Shown: positions 8,256 through 20,759, counted from the stretch's first letter. The stretch is 64,000 nt of DNA from an uncultured Gemmatimonadales bacterium (GCA_963825055.1 CAWGSK010000002.1:96001-160000); one strand, 5' to 3'. Numbers and translations are program-made. Notes: generated from the letters alone by a model not told the origin.

Positions 8256-8738
8256 ATGACCGTGTGGCGACTGCTGGCCCTGGTGCCGGCGTTCCTGCTC
8301 GTCGGCACCAGTTGCCACCTGGAGGACCGTACTCCCGCCGGCAGCCGGCGCGACGACGCGGCCATTCGCGCCGTCATTACCACCTACTATGAAGCGCTGG
8401 CCAGCGGTGATCTCGGCCGCTACCGCGAACTCTTCGCACCCGGCGCAGTCGTCCAGGGGCCCGTGCCGGCCGATGCGGCCGCGGGCACGCACTCGGTCCT
8501 CGCGTTCGATTCGCTGGTGGCCGGCTGGCGGGGCGCCGGCATGCCCACCGGGGACGCCGGCCGGATCATCCGGACCGACGTCCGGCAGCGCAACGGGGTC
8601 GCCACCGCCTGGGTCACCGTCGACCACGACACATTTGCGACCGCGCAGGAACACGTGGACCTCTTCGTACTGGAGCGTTACGGTGCCGGCTGGCGGATTC
8701 TCCTGCTGACACCGATGCCCGGCGGGACGGTAAGTTGA
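8256..8738 (+). CDS. NTF2/SnoaL-like lipoprotein
   Basis: Signal peptide ending LVGTSC; AIRAVITTYYEALASGD and GWRI motifs typical of the NTF2 fold. Confidence 0.7.
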   Translation: MTVWRLLALVPAFLLVGTSCHLEDRTPAGSRRDDAAIRAVITTYYEALASGDLGRYRELFAPGAVVQGPVPADAAAGTHSVLAFDSLVAGWRGAGMPTGDAGRIIRTDVRQRNGVATAWVTVDHDTFATAQEHVDLFVLERYGAGWRILLLTPMPGGTVS

Positions 8739-10243
8739 TGACGGGCCCGGCTTCCCCAGCTTCCATGCTTGACCTCCTCGGCGCGGTCGCACGGCGCCTC
8801 GGCACCGGCGATCCGCCCGAGCGGGCGCTGCAGGAGGTCGTCTCCCTCGTGGCCACCCGCCTGGAGGTCCCGAACGTCCGGCTCTGGTACCGGGAACCTC
8901 GCGCCACCACGTACCGCCGGGTGTCGCATGCTGCGAGTGAGCGCGGCGCCGAGCCGGTGCGTGCGGTGCCGCCGCCGCCGGAAGGATTTCGTCGCCTGGT
9001 CCTCCTCCACGAGGCCGAGCACTTCGGCGTTCTGGATTCCCATGATCCGGCCGGCGAGCCGGCGCGGGAGACGCTCGCGGTGGTGGCGGACATGCTCTCC
9101 CCCTACCTCGCACACCTCGAACTCTCCGGGGACCTCGCGGCGGAGGTGGCCCTGCGGTCGCGGGAGGTGGAATCTCAGCGCCGGTTCATCAGCCATGTCA
9201 TTGACGCCCTGCCGGTCGGGGTGTACGTCATCGACCGGGAATACTGCATCCAGTTGTGGAATCGCAAGCGCGAGACCGGCACCCAGGGCCTGTTGCGTGA
9301 CGATGTCCTGGGGCGGCCCCTCTTCGAGGTGCTCACCCGCCAGCCTGCCGACGAGCTTCGCGCGGAGTTTGACGACGTCTTCTCCTCCGGCGAGGAGCGC
9401 CAGTTCGAGATCGAGGTGACGTTTCCTGACGAGCGGCGCACCTTCCGGATCCGGAAGGTGCCGATGCGGCTCGAGGGGGACGCGACCGTTTCCCACGTGA
9501 TTACCATCGGCGAGGATGTGACCCACTGGCGGGCCGTGCAGCAGCAGGTCGTCCAGAGCGAGAAGCTCGCCGCCGTCGGCCAGCTGACCGCCGGGATCAT
9601 GCACGAGATCAACAACCCGCTCGCGACCATCGGCGCGTGCGTCGTGGCCATGGAGGGCCGGCTGGCCGACCTCGCCCCGGAGGTCCGGACCGTCATGCTC
9701 GACTATCTCGGGATCGTCGAGAAGGAAGTCGAGCGCTGCACCAGCATCCTGGACGGCCTGCTCGATTTCAGCCGGCCGGTGGGACGGTCCAAGGCGCCGG
9801 TCGACGTGAACGCGCTGATGGAGGACACGCTGTTCCTTGTTCAGCACCACAAGGGATTTCGCCTGCTCGAGGTGTCACGCGAGCTTGGTTCCGGCCTGCC
9901 CGAGGTGGACGCGAACGGCGGCCAGATCCTGCAGGTGTTCATGGCCATCATCCTGAATGCGATCGACGCGATGCCCCAGGGCGGGACGTTGCGGGTCCGC
10001 ACCATGGCGGACGATACCGGCCACGTCGTGGCGGAGTTCCAGGACACGGGACGGGGCATCCCCCGCGCGGACCTGCCCAAGATTTTCGAGCCGTTTTTCA
10101 CGACCAAGGAGCCGGGGCAGGGGACGGGCCTCGGGCTCTCGATCTGCTATGGCATCATGCAGGAACATGGGGGAGACATCGCCGTGGACAGTGTCCCCGG
10201 CGAGGGATCCGTCTTCCGTGTCACCCTCCCGGTGCGCCCGTGA
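8738..10243 (+). CDS. PAS-domain sensor histidine kinase (NtrB-like)
   Basis: [24 protein letters not shown]-box, FEPFFTTK and GTGLGL; TGATG overlap with the upstream gene. Confidence 0.9.
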   Translation: MTGPASPASMLDLLGAVARRLGTGDPPERALQEVVSLVATRLEVPNVRLWYREPRATTYRRVSHAASERGAEPVRAVPPPPEGFRRLVLLHEAEHFGVLDSHDPAGEPARETLAVVADMLSPYLAHLELSGDLAAEVALRSREVESQRRFISHVIDALPVGVYVIDREYCIQLWNRKRETGTQGLLRDDVLGRPLFEVLTRQPADELRAEFDDVFSSGEERQFEIEVTFPDERRTFRIRKVPMRLEGDATVSHVITIGEDVTHWRAVQQQVVQSEKLAAVGQLTAGIMHEINNPLATIGACVVAMEGRLADLAPEVRTVMLDYLGIVEKEVERCTSILDGLLDFSRPVGRSKAPVDVNALMEDTLFLVQHHKGFRLLEVSRELGSGLPEVDANGGQILQVFMAIILNAIDAMPQGGTLRVRTMADDTGHVVAEFQDTGRGIPRADLPKIFEPFFTTKEPGQGTGLGLSICYGIMQEHGGDIAVDSVPGEGSVFRVTLPVRP

Positions 10244-10268
10244 GGCATGTGGCGACGGGAGCGACACC

Positions 10269-10940
10269 ATGAAGATCCTCGTGGTGGAAGACGACCGCAC
10301 GGTCGGCCAGTACGTCAAGCGCGGGCTGGAGGAACACCGGTTCCATGCCGACCTGGTGGCCGACGGGATGGAGGCGCTCCGCCTGGCGTCCGGGTCGCCG
10401 TACGACCTCATGGTGCTGGACCTCCGGCTGCCGGGGATGAGCGGGCTCGAGGTGGTGCGGACGCTGCGCGACCGCGGCATCACCACCCCGATCCTGGTCC
10501 TCACGGCCCAGGACTCGACCGAGTTCAAGGTTCAGGCGCTCCGCGCCGGCGCGGACGACTATGTCACCAAGCCGTTCGCGTTCGAGGAGCTGCTGGCACG
10601 GGTCGAGGCGCTCGGGCGCCGCCCCAAGGAACTCGTCCCGCCGGTCTACCGCCTCGCCGACCTCGAGCTGGACACCGGCACCCGCGAAGTCCGCCGGGAC
10701 GGGCGCTTGCTCGACCTCACGCCCAAGGAATACGCCGTCCTCGAGTACCTGATCCGGCACCCCAACCGGGTCATGTCCCGCACGCTCATCACCGAGTATG
10801 CCTGGGACTATCACTTCGACCCAGGCACCAACATCGTGGACGTGGTCATCAACCGGCTCCGCAAGAAGGTGGACGCCGAGTTCGACGACAAGCTCATCCA
10901 CACGGTCCGCGGCGTCGGTTACGTGCTCCGCGAGGAATAG
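10269..10940 (+). CDS. OmpR/PhoB-family response regulator (CusR-like)
   Basis: MKILVVEDD receiver, GADDYVTKPF, winged helix ending IHTVRGVGY. Confidence 0.93.
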   Translation: MKILVVEDDRTVGQYVKRGLEEHRFHADLVADGMEALRLASGSPYDLMVLDLRLPGMSGLEVVRTLRDRGITTPILVLTAQDSTEFKVQALRAGADDYVTKPFAFEELLARVEALGRRPKELVPPVYRLADLELDTGTREVRRDGRLLDLTPKEYAVLEYLIRHPNRVMSRTLITEYAWDYHFDPGTNIVDVVINRLRKKVDAEFDDKLIHTVRGVGYVLREE

Positions 10941-10951
10941 GCAGCCGCGCC

Positions 10952-12382
10952 GTGACCACCATCCGTGTCCGGCTCACCGTCTGGTACACCATTGCCCTGA
11001 CCCTCACCATGGTGGTGTTCGCCGTGGCGCTGGTGGTGGAACGCCGCCACCCGAGCACCGCCGAACTGGACGAACGCCTCGCGCCGGAGGCGGCGTTCGT
11101 GTCCGACTGGCTCGAGGAATCGTACCGGGTCCTCGGCCGGGTCACCGCCGAGGACACCACCGCACTCGTGTCCAGCGTGGGCGGATACCTCGAGGGAGTG
11201 CGGGACCTGTTGCTGGTCGCGGACGACGACGGCAACGTCATCTTCACGACGGAAGAGGTGCGCCGCCTCTCGTACTCCTCGTACGAACGGCTGGCGAGTA
11301 TCCTCCGCCGGCGGACTGATCTCGCCACGTTCGGGACGGAGGCGCTCGCCGACTCGGTGGGGGAACTGCGCTACCTCGTCATGCCGGTGCGCGCGGCAGG
11401 CGGAGACGTCGGCAATATCCTGCTCGCGACGCCCGTCCGCGCCTTTACGGTCTCGCCGGTACACCTCATACGGTCCATGCTGGTGATCGCCCCCCTCATC
11501 ATTCTTGCCTCCGCAGGGCTCGGGTACTGGCTGGCCCCGGTGTCGCTGCAGCCGCTCGAGCGGATGATGGACGAGCTCGAGGCCATTTCCGACGGGCGCA
11601 GCCTGCACCGCCGGCTCATGGTGCCGCTCTCCGCGGATGAGCTGGCCCGCCTCGCCATGACGGTCAACGGGATGCTGGCGCGACTGGAGCAGAGCTTTGC
11701 CAGCCTGCGCCGGTTCACTGCCGACGCCAGCCACGAACTGAAGACGCCCCTCATGGTTGTGCGGGCTGGCGTTGAGCGGGCGCTGACCGATCCTTCCGTG
11801 CGGCATGCCACCCTGGCCGCGATGGACGAGACGCTGGAGCAGCTCAACCGCATGACCGAGCTGGTGGAGAATCTGCTCACCCTCGCGCGGATGGACGAAC
11901 GGCGGGAAGGGCTCGCGCTCCAGGAACACGACCTCCGTCCGCTCCTCTCCGAGGCGGCCGAGACCGCCGGCATGCTGGGCGAGGCCACCCGCATTGACGT
12001 GAGGGTCGTCATGCCGGAGGAGCCAGTGACGGCCGCCGTGGACTACGGCCGGATCCGGCAGCTCCTGCTCAACCTGGTCACCAACGCCATCAAGTACACG
12101 CCGGCCGGTGGCGAAGTCGAGCTGGCGCTCGGGCGCGACGACCGGGTCGTCCGCATCACCGTGCGGGACTCCGGGATCGGCATCGCCGCCGGGGACCTGC
12201 CCCACATCTTCGACCGGTTCTGGCGGGCGGACCAGGCCCGGACCCGGACCGGGGAACGGGCGGGCTTCGGCCTGGGTCTCGCCATCGGGAAATGGATTGC
12301 GGAAGCCCACGGCGGGTCCATCACGGTCCAGAGCCGCCCGAACCGGGGAAGCGTGTTCACGGTGACACTGCCGAGGGGATGA
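10952..12382 (+). CDS. HAMP-domain sensor histidine kinase
   Basis: Two TM helices, HAMP domain, FTADASHELKTPL H-box, NAIKY and GFGLGL; GTG start at 10952. Confidence 0.92.
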   Translation: MTTIRVRLTVWYTIALTLTMVVFAVALVVERRHPSTAELDERLAPEAAFVSDWLEESYRVLGRVTAEDTTALVSSVGGYLEGVRDLLLVADDDGNVIFTTEEVRRLSYSSYERLASILRRRTDLATFGTEALADSVGELRYLVMPVRAAGGDVGNILLATPVRAFTVSPVHLIRSMLVIAPLIILASAGLGYWLAPVSLQPLERMMDELEAISDGRSLHRRLMVPLSADELARLAMTVNGMLARLEQSFASLRRFTADASHELKTPLMVVRAGVERALTDPSVRHATLAAMDETLEQLNRMTELVENLLTLARMDERREGLALQEHDLRPLLSEAAETAGMLGEATRIDVRVVMPEEPVTAAVDYGRIRQLLLNLVTNAIKYTPAGGEVELALGRDDRVVRITVRDSGIGIAAGDLPHIFDRFWRADQARTRTGERAGFGLGLAIGKWIAEAHGGSITVQSRPNRGSVFTVTLPRG

Positions 12383-12414
12383 GGGTGCTCGGGAAGGCAG
12401 GTTCTTCATCCCAG

Positions 12415-12506
12415 GTCGTTGAGTCGTCAAATCGTTGAATCGTGAGTTGACCTGCGGCGGGGATTCTTCGACTCAACCACTCAACCACTCAACAACTTAA
12501 CGAATC
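12415..12506. repeat. Inverted short-tandem-repeat element (CGTTGAGT-like octamers / ACTCAACC octamers)
   Basis: Left arm CGTTGAGT CGTCAAAT CGTTGAAT (12417-12440); right arm ACTCAACC ACTCAACC ACTCAACA ACTTAACG (12471-12502). Confidence 0.8.
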
Positions 12507-12694
12507 GAAGGCCTCCCCTTGGGCCGCCAGCAGCCCCCCGCCCGTATCCCCCATCACCGCCCTTTCCCCACCCGGCCGTTACCGTTTTGTCATCCGGTAC
12601 CAACCGGTGGATCATCCGCGCCCCTTATGATGGAAGCGGACCCCGGGGGGGCCAGGGTGGGCCACCGGTCTCCTCCGAATGGCGCAAGAATCCG

Positions 12695-12733
12695 GTAATC
12701 CGGCTGTAATGGTTTTGTAATCTCTGCTGTAAG
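12695..12733 (+). promoter_or_regulatory. Phased direct repeats, putative OmpR/PhoB-family operator
   Basis: GTAAT at 12695, 12706 and 12717 (11-bp period) and GTAAG at 12729. Confidence 0.55.
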
Positions 12734-12792
12734 GCCTGTTAAGCTGGGGAGTTTTGGTTCAGGGTGTCATTAACCAGGCGACTGGAGGCCTC

Positions 12793-13494
12793 GTGTTCGA
12801 CACACTCATTGAGTCCAAGCCGAAGAAGGAGCGCTCGGCCCTGCAGATGGCGTTTTCGCTCATCCTGCATGGCGTGCTGATCTTCGGCGCGGTGAAGGCG
12901 ACCCAGGGCGCCGTCGATGCCATGCAGGATGATGTCCTCGATACGACGCTGATCTTCCTGGAAGCGCCGAAGGAAACGCCGCCGGAGCCCGAGCCGCCTC
13001 CGCCGGACCAGATTGTCTCCGCCAATCCGCCGCCGAAGGGTTTCCAGACCGTGGTGGCGCCGGAGCAGATCCCGACGGAAATCCCTCCCGTGAACCTGAA
13101 CGAGCGCCCGGTGGACCCGCGCGACTTCACGGGCAAGGGCGTTGAGGGCGGTATCGCCGCCGGTGTGGTGGGCGGGACCGGACCCGTGGAGATCACGGGC
13201 GAGGAATACCTCCAGGTGGAGGTGGACGACCCGCCGCGCATGATCAGCAGCGGTCCGCAGCGGTTCCCGCCGGCGATGCAGGCCGCCGGTATCCAGGGCC
13301 GCGTCGTGCTGGAGTTCGTGGTCGACACCTCCGGCCACGCGGAGCCCAATTCATTCAAGGTTCTCAGCAGCTCGCACAAGGCGTTTGAGGAGCCGGCCAA
13401 GGAGATGATCCTCAAGAGCGTCTTCAAGCCGGGCCGGGTCCGGGGCCAGGCGGTCCGGACGCGGGTGCAGCAGATTATCAACTTCTCGATCTAG
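12793..13494 (+). CDS. tonB: Energy transducer TonB
   Basis: N-terminal TM with SLILH motif, Pro-rich linker, C-terminal TonB domain (GIQGRVVLEFVVDTSG, FKPGRVRGQAV); GGAGG RBS before GTG. Confidence 0.88.
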   Translation: MFDTLIESKPKKERSALQMAFSLILHGVLIFGAVKATQGAVDAMQDDVLDTTLIFLEAPKETPPEPEPPPPDQIVSANPPPKGFQTVVAPEQIPTEIPPVNLNERPVDPRDFTGKGVEGGIAAGVVGGTGPVEITGEEYLQVEVDDPPRMISSGPQRFPPAMQAAGIQGRVVLEFVVDTSGHAEPNSFKVLSSSHKAFEEPAKEMILKSVFKPGRVRGQAVRTRVQQIINFSI

Positions 13495-13555
13495 TTCGCG
13501 GATCGCCGTCGCGCCGGTTCTGCCGGCCGCCTTTCTTCCAGGAGGAATCACAATC

Positions 13556-14285
13556 ATGGGTGTAGATCTTCTTGACCTCTGGGCACAGATGGGCACGTTC
13601 GTCAAGGGCGTGGTCGTCGTCATGGCCATCATGTCGATATGGTCGCTGTCCATTGTCGTGGCGAAGTTCATCGAGTTCCGCCGGAGCACGGCGGCCACGC
13701 GCAAGTTCGCGCCGGAATTCTCCCGTTCCATCCAGGAAGAGCAGCTCGACCAGGCGATCGCCGTTGCGGAAAAGCACAAGAAGAGCCATGTCGCCCGCGT
13801 GCTGGGCGAGGCGCTCGAGGAAGTGAAGCCGCTGCTGCGTGACCGCGCGACCGTGACCGCGGCCGACATCAACTCGGCCGAGCGGGCCGTCGAGCGCCAG
13901 ATGCTGCTCGAGCTCTCCAAGCTGCGCCGGGGCCTGGCGCTGCTGGCCACCGTTGGCGCGACCGCGCCGTTCGTCGGCCTCCTCGGCACCACGATGGGTA
14001 TCGTGAATTCCTTCGCCGCCATGTCGAGCGCGGGCGCTTCCAGCGGCCTCGCGGGCATCTCGGCCGGTATCGCCGAGGCCCTGATCTCGACCGCGTTCGG
14101 CCTCCTCGTGGCCATTCCGGCGGTGTGGGCGTACAACTACTTCACGAACAAGCTCGACTTCATGACGGCCGAGATGACCTTCACGTCGAAGGAGCTGATC
14201 GACTACCTCATCAAGAGCGTCGGCAGCGAGTTCGGCCGGTCCATCTTCACCAAGGAATTCCAGGCCCAGAAGGCGGTGAGCGGCA

Positions 14286-14305
<20 letters not shown>
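13556..14305 (+). CDS. exbB: MotA/TolQ/ExbB proton channel protein
   Basis: LATVGATAPFVGLLGTTMGI and GIAEALISTAFGLLVAIPA motifs. Confidence 0.92.
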
Positions 14306-14732
<427 letters not shown>

Positions 14733-14811
14733 ATACCCCAGGCGACGGCCACGGTTCGGGCTCCCGACGAAGCCCGGGCCGCCGTCCGCCCCAGCAAGGA
14801 GAGTTCGGCCT

Positions 14812-15237
14812 ATGGCGATGTCGACGGGCGGCCGCAAGGGTTCCGTGCATGACATCAACGTGACGCCCATGATCGACGTGCTGCTGGTGCTCCTGATCAT
14901 CTTCATGATCACCCAGCCCCTCTCACGGATGACCCTGAGCGTGCAGGTGCCTCCGCCGGCGCAGCCGACGAACGAGAAACAGGAGCCGTCGAACCAGATC
15001 GTGCTCGAACTGCCCGACAACGGGAACTATTCCATCAACGGGCAGCCCGTACCCAAGAGCCAGCTGGACGCGCAGCTGCACGCGATCTTCGATCCACGCC
15101 CGGCGAAGCTGCTGTTCATCAAGCCGGGGCCGAATCGCGTCTACAAGGACGTAATCGACGCGATGGACGTGGCTCGGGGCGCCGGAATCCAGGTGCTCGG
15201 CTTCACCCCGAAGGAAGCGGACCAGCCAGCCGGCTGA
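14812..15237 (+). CDS. exbD: ExbD/TolR biopolymer transporter (copy 2)
   Basis: INVTPMIDVLLVLLIIFMI motif; AAGGAG RBS. Confidence 0.92.
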   Translation: MAMSTGGRKGSVHDINVTPMIDVLLVLLIIFMITQPLSRMTLSVQVPPPAQPTNEKQEPSNQIVLELPDNGNYSINGQPVPKSQLDAQLHAIFDPRPAKLLFIKPGPNRVYKDVIDAMDVARGAGIQVLGFTPKEADQPAG

Positions 15238-15276
15238 TTCGCGTCGTGCCCGGGCCGCGGCCCGGCAGGAGGCAGG

Positions 15277-15687
15277 ATGGCGACGACCTATCAGCGGCAC
15301 ACGACGACCGGGGGCCCCCGGGCCGCCGTCAACGTGACCCCGATGATCGACGTCGTCCTGGTCCTCCTGATGGTCTTTCTCCTCGCCCTCGGCCTGCGGG
15401 AGAGCATACCGGTTCAGGTTCCCGCAACCGTGCCGGCCCCGGACCCCACGCCCCAGATCACCCTGCGTCTCCAGGTCGACGGCTCCTACGCCGTGAACGG
15501 CCAGCCCGTCCCCGCGGAACAGCTCGGGAGCCTCCTGGCCGCGATCTACCAGGACCGCCCGGCCAAGCTGCTCTTCCTGCGCCCCGATCCGGGACTGCCC
15601 TACGGCGACGTGATTCGCGCTGCCTCGATCGCGCGGGATGCCGGCATTACGATCCTCGCGTTTCAGGGGATCCGCCCCGGCAATTGA
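15277..15687 (+). CDS. exbD: ExbD/TolR biopolymer transporter (copy 3)
   Basis: VNVTPMIDVVLVLLMVFLL motif; shares SY/YS-NGQPVP and RPAKLLF segments with copy 2. Confidence 0.88.
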   Translation: MATTYQRHTTTGGPRAAVNVTPMIDVVLVLLMVFLLALGLRESIPVQVPATVPAPDPTPQITLRLQVDGSYAVNGQPVPAEQLGSLLAAIYQDRPAKLLFLRPDPGLPYGDVIRAASIARDAGITILAFQGIRPGN

Positions 15688-15843
15688 CAGCGTCGGGCAG
15701 CGCGGTGACCTTCCGCTCGGGCGTTCTTCCGGGCGTGCGGGCGCGGCGCCCCGGAGCGTCATCATAGACAGGCGAGACCGCTCGAACCGGGCGCCCTCCA
15801 CCGCCGCTGCCGGCGGGGACAGGCGCCCGATTGCGTGAGGACG

Positions 15844-16626
15844 ATGAGACCACCTGCCGTGACCCTCGACGAACGAATGCCCCCGCGCCGGCGCGGGCCG
15901 GGGTGGCTCGTCTCGTTGGGCCTGCACGTCGGACTCATCCTCCTGTTGATCGCCCCCTGGGCGGACCACCCGTTCATCCTCGACGGAGGGACGGGGCCCG
16001 GGTGGGGGGGTGGCGGCGGTGGCGGTGGGGGTGGCGGCGGCGACATCACGATCAGCCTGCCGGCCTACGTGGCGCCCCCGCCCCCCGCGGTCGAGGAGAC
16101 CACGCCGGTGGAAGTGCCCGAGGAAATCCCGCCACCGGTCGAGAAGGAGGAAACGCCCGAGCCCGAAGTCCCGGTGGCCGTGGCCCCTGTCCCCGACACG
16201 ACCGTCACACTGGCACACCAGGACACGCTGCCGCCCGGGGAAGGCAACGGAGCCGGCCCGGGCCAGGGACCCGGCTCCGGCGGCGGCACTGGTGGTGGCA
16301 GCGGCGGTGGTGTCGGTCCCGGGACGGGTCCGGGGGCCGGCGCGGGAAGCGGCGGAAACGGGGGCAGCGGTCGCGGCCCGCAACTCCGCCAGATGCTGCT
16401 CCCGCCGGAAGACCCGCCAAAGAAGCTCCGTGGCACGACCGTCCACGTGTCGTTCTGGATTTCGGCCTCCGGCCGGGTGGAACGGATCCAGGTGGACCCC
16501 GAGATCCAGGATCGCGAATACGCGGACAAGATGCGCGAAAAGCTGATGAGTTTTACCTTCCAGCCTGCCCGGTCGCCGGCGGGAGCCGCTATCCCGTCCC
16601 GCTGGGACGCTTCCATCGATTTCTGA
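15844..16626 (+). CDS. TonB-like protein with Gly- and Pro-rich linker
   Basis: SLGLH TM motif, Gly/Pro-rich periplasmic linker, TonB-C-like end (VHVSFWISASGRVE...FQPARSPAG). Confidence 0.7.
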   Translation: MRPPAVTLDERMPPRRRGPGWLVSLGLHVGLILLLIAPWADHPFILDGGTGPGWGGGGGGGGGGGGDITISLPAYVAPPPPAVEETTPVEVPEEIPPPVEKEETPEPEVPVAVAPVPDTTVTLAHQDTLPPGEGNGAGPGQGPGSGGGTGGGSGGGVGPGTGPGAGAGSGGNGGSGRGPQLRQMLLPPEDPPKKLRGTTVHVSFWISASGRVERIQVDPEIQDREYADKMREKLMSFTFQPARSPAGAAIPSRWDASIDF

Positions 16627-16740
16627 GTACCACTCCCGCGGCCTCGCCTGGCCGTGGCGCCGATGACCAACTCCCGCCGCGCTCGACGCGCCTGAGCCTC
16701 ACACGGCCCCACGGGGCTTTCCTCTATCTCCGAGAGGGAC

Positions 16741-18279
<1,539 letters not shown>

Positions 18280-18304
18280 GTATGGAAGGAGGCTGAGGCC
18301 GGGC

Positions 18305-19243
18305 TCAGCCCGGGGACTCCGGGCCACCCGGCCTCCTCACGTCCCGGTCGCCCGACGCCTGGGTCGCCAGCGCGACGGCTCCGGCCACGGCGTCGGGCGC
18401 CTCCGGCAGCGGCGCGAATCGACCACCGGAGAGACGCTCGAGCACGGCGCCCCGCAGCGGCTCGCGCTCGAGCATCCCTCCCGCCAGCGCGACGGGCACC
18501 GGCTGTCCGCCGGAGTAGTGGTGGACCAGGGCCTGGGCCAGCCCGACGAGTTCGTCCGCGGCCCGTTGCACAATCACCCCGGCCACCGCATCACCAGCGG
18601 AGGCCGCTTCCAGGACCGCACGCGCAAGGGCGGCGACCTCGCCGGGCGAGGCGCCGCCGGCCCACGCCACCAGGCCGTCAACATCGGCTACCCTGGCCGC
18701 CTCAGGCAGGGCCGAGGTCAGCACGGTGTCGCCCAGGCGGCCGTCCTGTGCCCGGCCCACGGCCGAGAGCGCGGCGCGTCCCACGTCGTAGGCTCCGCCG
18801 TCATCACCCATCTGCCAGCCATGGCCTCCCGCCCGGTGCGTGCGCCCCTCCTCGTCGCGCGCGAGGGCGATACTGCCGGTGCCCGCGATCAGGATGATTC
18901 CCGGTGCGTCGCCGAAGGCCGCGGCGTGTGCGATCGCCACGTCGGTCGTGACGCTGACGGTGCCGGCGAGTCGTTCCTTCCGGAGCGCCCGCTCGAGCTC
19001 CAGCCGCACCGGCTCCCGTCCCACGCCGGCGGCGCCGACCACGAGGACGTCGGCCTCGAGCAGCCCGCCGGCCGCGAGTACCCGGCGGACGGCGTCCAGA
19101 ATCGCGGTCGCGGCCACCAGGGCGCGTCCGGGACGAACGGCGCCCGCCCCTCCCTCCACGCGCGCCAGCTCCACGCCATCGCGCACCAGCACGGCACGTG
19201 TGCGAGTGCCGCCGGCGTCCACGCCGACCACGACCCGGCTCAT
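18305..19243 (-). CDS. BadF/BadG/BcrA/BcrD-family sugar kinase (GlcNAc/MurNAc kinase-like)
   Basis: VGVDAGGTRT, ILIAGTGS and GGHGWQMGDDGG motifs; ATG at 19243 overlapping the symporter stop. Confidence 0.88.
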   Translation of the reverse strand: MSRVVVGVDAGGTRTRAVLVRDGVELARVEGGAGAVRPGRALVAATAILDAVRRVLAAGGLLEADVLVVGAAGVGREPVRLELERALRKERLAGTVSVTTDVAIAHAAAFGDAPGIILIAGTGSIALARDEEGRTHRAGGHGWQMGDDGGAYDVGRAALSAVGRAQDGRLGDTVLTSALPEAARVADVDGLVAWAGGASPGEVAALARAVLEAASAGDAVAGVIVQRAADELVGLAQALVHHYSGGQPVPVALAGGMLEREPLRGAVLERLSGGRFAPLPEAPDAVAGAVALATQASGDRDVRRPGGPESPG

Positions 19244-20718
19244 CTCGCCTCCCTCCGATGGGGCAGCCAGCTGAGGAGCGTGCCGGTGACGAGCATGATT
19301 GCCGTCCCCATGGGGACGTACCATGGCCAGGCGAGCTGGCCGAACGGCGTGAGCCAGCCCAGGCCCGGCCGAAGGGCCAGGTCCTTCGCGAAGAGCACCA
19401 CGAGCATGATGGCCACCGTCACGACGATCGCACTCATGACATCCCGCCCGCGTGTGCCTGACCAGCGTCCCGACAGCAGGTAAGCGCCGAGGAGGCCGCC
19501 GTACGTCACGGACGCGATTGACAGCGCGAGCACGACGACCGGGGTGGAGCGACCGGTGGTGTAGTAGTGGAAGAAGAGTGCCCCACCCATGATCGCGGCC
19601 GCCCAGAGCGCCGAAAACCACCGGCCGACGCGGAAGAGATGGACCGGGTCGCGCCGGCCGCTCCAGGTCGCGTACAGGTCATAGGTCATGGATGACGCGA
19701 GGGCGTTGATCGCGGAACTCTGGGTACTCATCGCCGCGGCCAGGATGGCCGCGACCATCAGCCCCGCGAGTCCCGTCGGCAGGTTGTGGATGATGAAGTT
19801 GGGGAAGATCTGGTCCGGAGCCATGTCGGCCGGCGCGAGTCCGGCCGCCCATACCGCCGCACCGATCAGCAGGAAGAGGCCGAACTGGAGGATGACGAGC
19901 ACGCCCGAGCCCACCAGGGCGATCCGCGCGTCGCTGAGCGACCGGCTGGCCAGCAGTCGCTGGACCACGAGCTGGTCCGTGCCGTGGGAGGCCCCGCTGA
20001 GCATGGCGCCGCCCACGATGCCGCCGAGGAGGGTGTAGGTCGATGTCAGGTTCACCGAGAAGTCGAAGACCTGGAGCCTTCCGGTCGCACGCGCCAGGCT
20101 GAGGGCGCTCTCCGGGCCGCCGGCCAGTTGCCAGGCCACCCACAGCGCGACCAGGCCCCCGGTCAGGTAGATCAGCAGTTGAAGTACGTCCACCCACACG
20201 ACGGCCTTGAGCCCCCCGTGCCAGGTGTAGATGAGCGTGACCACGCTCATCACGACGATCGCCGCCGGGATGCTCCAGCCGGTCAGCAGCGCCAGCGGGA
20301 TGGCGCTGGCGAAGACCCGGACACCGTCACCGAGAAACCGCGTCACGAGAAAGACGACTGACGTGAGCCGGCGCGTCCCGGTGCCGAAGCGGTTCTCCAG
20401 GCGGGCGTAGGCGGTCTCCTGCTCGCCCTTGAAGTAGCCCGGCAACAGCCACAGCGCGACACCCACCCGGCCGATCAGGTATCCGAAGGTGAGCTGCAGG
20501 AAGGTGAGATTGCCGCGCGCCGCGATGGCGGGGACCGAAATGACCGTCAGCGCCGACGTTTCCGTGGCTACGATGGACAGCATGATCGCGGTGGCGGGGA
20601 GGTCTCTCGCGCCCAGGAAGTAGTCGCCCGCGGTTTCCTGCATGCGGGAGACCCAGAAGCCGATCCCGAGGACCAGGATCGAGTATGCGATGATGACGCC
20701 GATGTCGACCTGTGTCAG
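19240..20718 (-). CDS. Sodium:solute symporter (amino-sugar type); probable CTG start
   Basis: DYFLG, SIVATETSALT, GGLKAVVWVD, DQLVVQRLL and AAAMST motifs; first TM (VDIGVIIAYSILVLGIG) lies upstream of ATG 20643, with GGAGG 7 nt before CTG 20718. Confidence 0.88.
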   Translation of the reverse strand: MTQVDIGVIIAYSILVLGIGFWVSRMQETAGDYFLGARDLPATAIMLSIVATETSALTVISVPAIAARGNLTFLQLTFGYLIGRVGVALWLLPGYFKGEQETAYARLENRFGTGTRRLTSVVFLVTRFLGDGVRVFASAIPLALLTGWSIPAAIVVMSVVTLIYTWHGGLKAVVWVDVLQLLIYLTGGLVALWVAWQLAGGPESALSLARATGRLQVFDFSVNLTSTYTLLGGIVGGAMLSGASHGTDQLVVQRLLASRSLSDARIALVGSGVLVILQFGLFLLIGAAVWAAGLAPADMAPDQIFPNFIIHNLPTGLAGLMVAAILAAAMSTQSSAINALASSMTYDLYATWSGRRDPVHLFRVGRWFSALWAAAIMGGALFFHYYTTGRSTPVVVLALSIASVTYGGLLGAYLLSGRWSGTRGRDVMSAIVVTVAIMLVVLFAKDLALRPGLGWLTPFGQLAWPWYVPMGTAIMLVTGTLLSWLPHRREAR

Positions 20719-20759
20719 GGTGCCGCCTCCGGTGCGGGGTGGCGGGGAAGGGCCTGGCT

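Noticed and set aside
12383..12792. Riboswitch (cobalamin or TPP) upstream of tonB
   Set aside because: No recognisable conserved riboswitch core by eye; an Rfam/Infernal scan would be needed to exclude it fully
16000..16045. G-rich tract as a G-quadruplex or regulatory repeat
   Set aside because: Fully explained by a poly-Gly linker in the TonB-like protein
18291..18310. Hairpin GGCTGAG-N6-CTCAGCC between convergent genes as a terminator
   Set aside because: Short stem with no U-tract on either strand, so too weak to call
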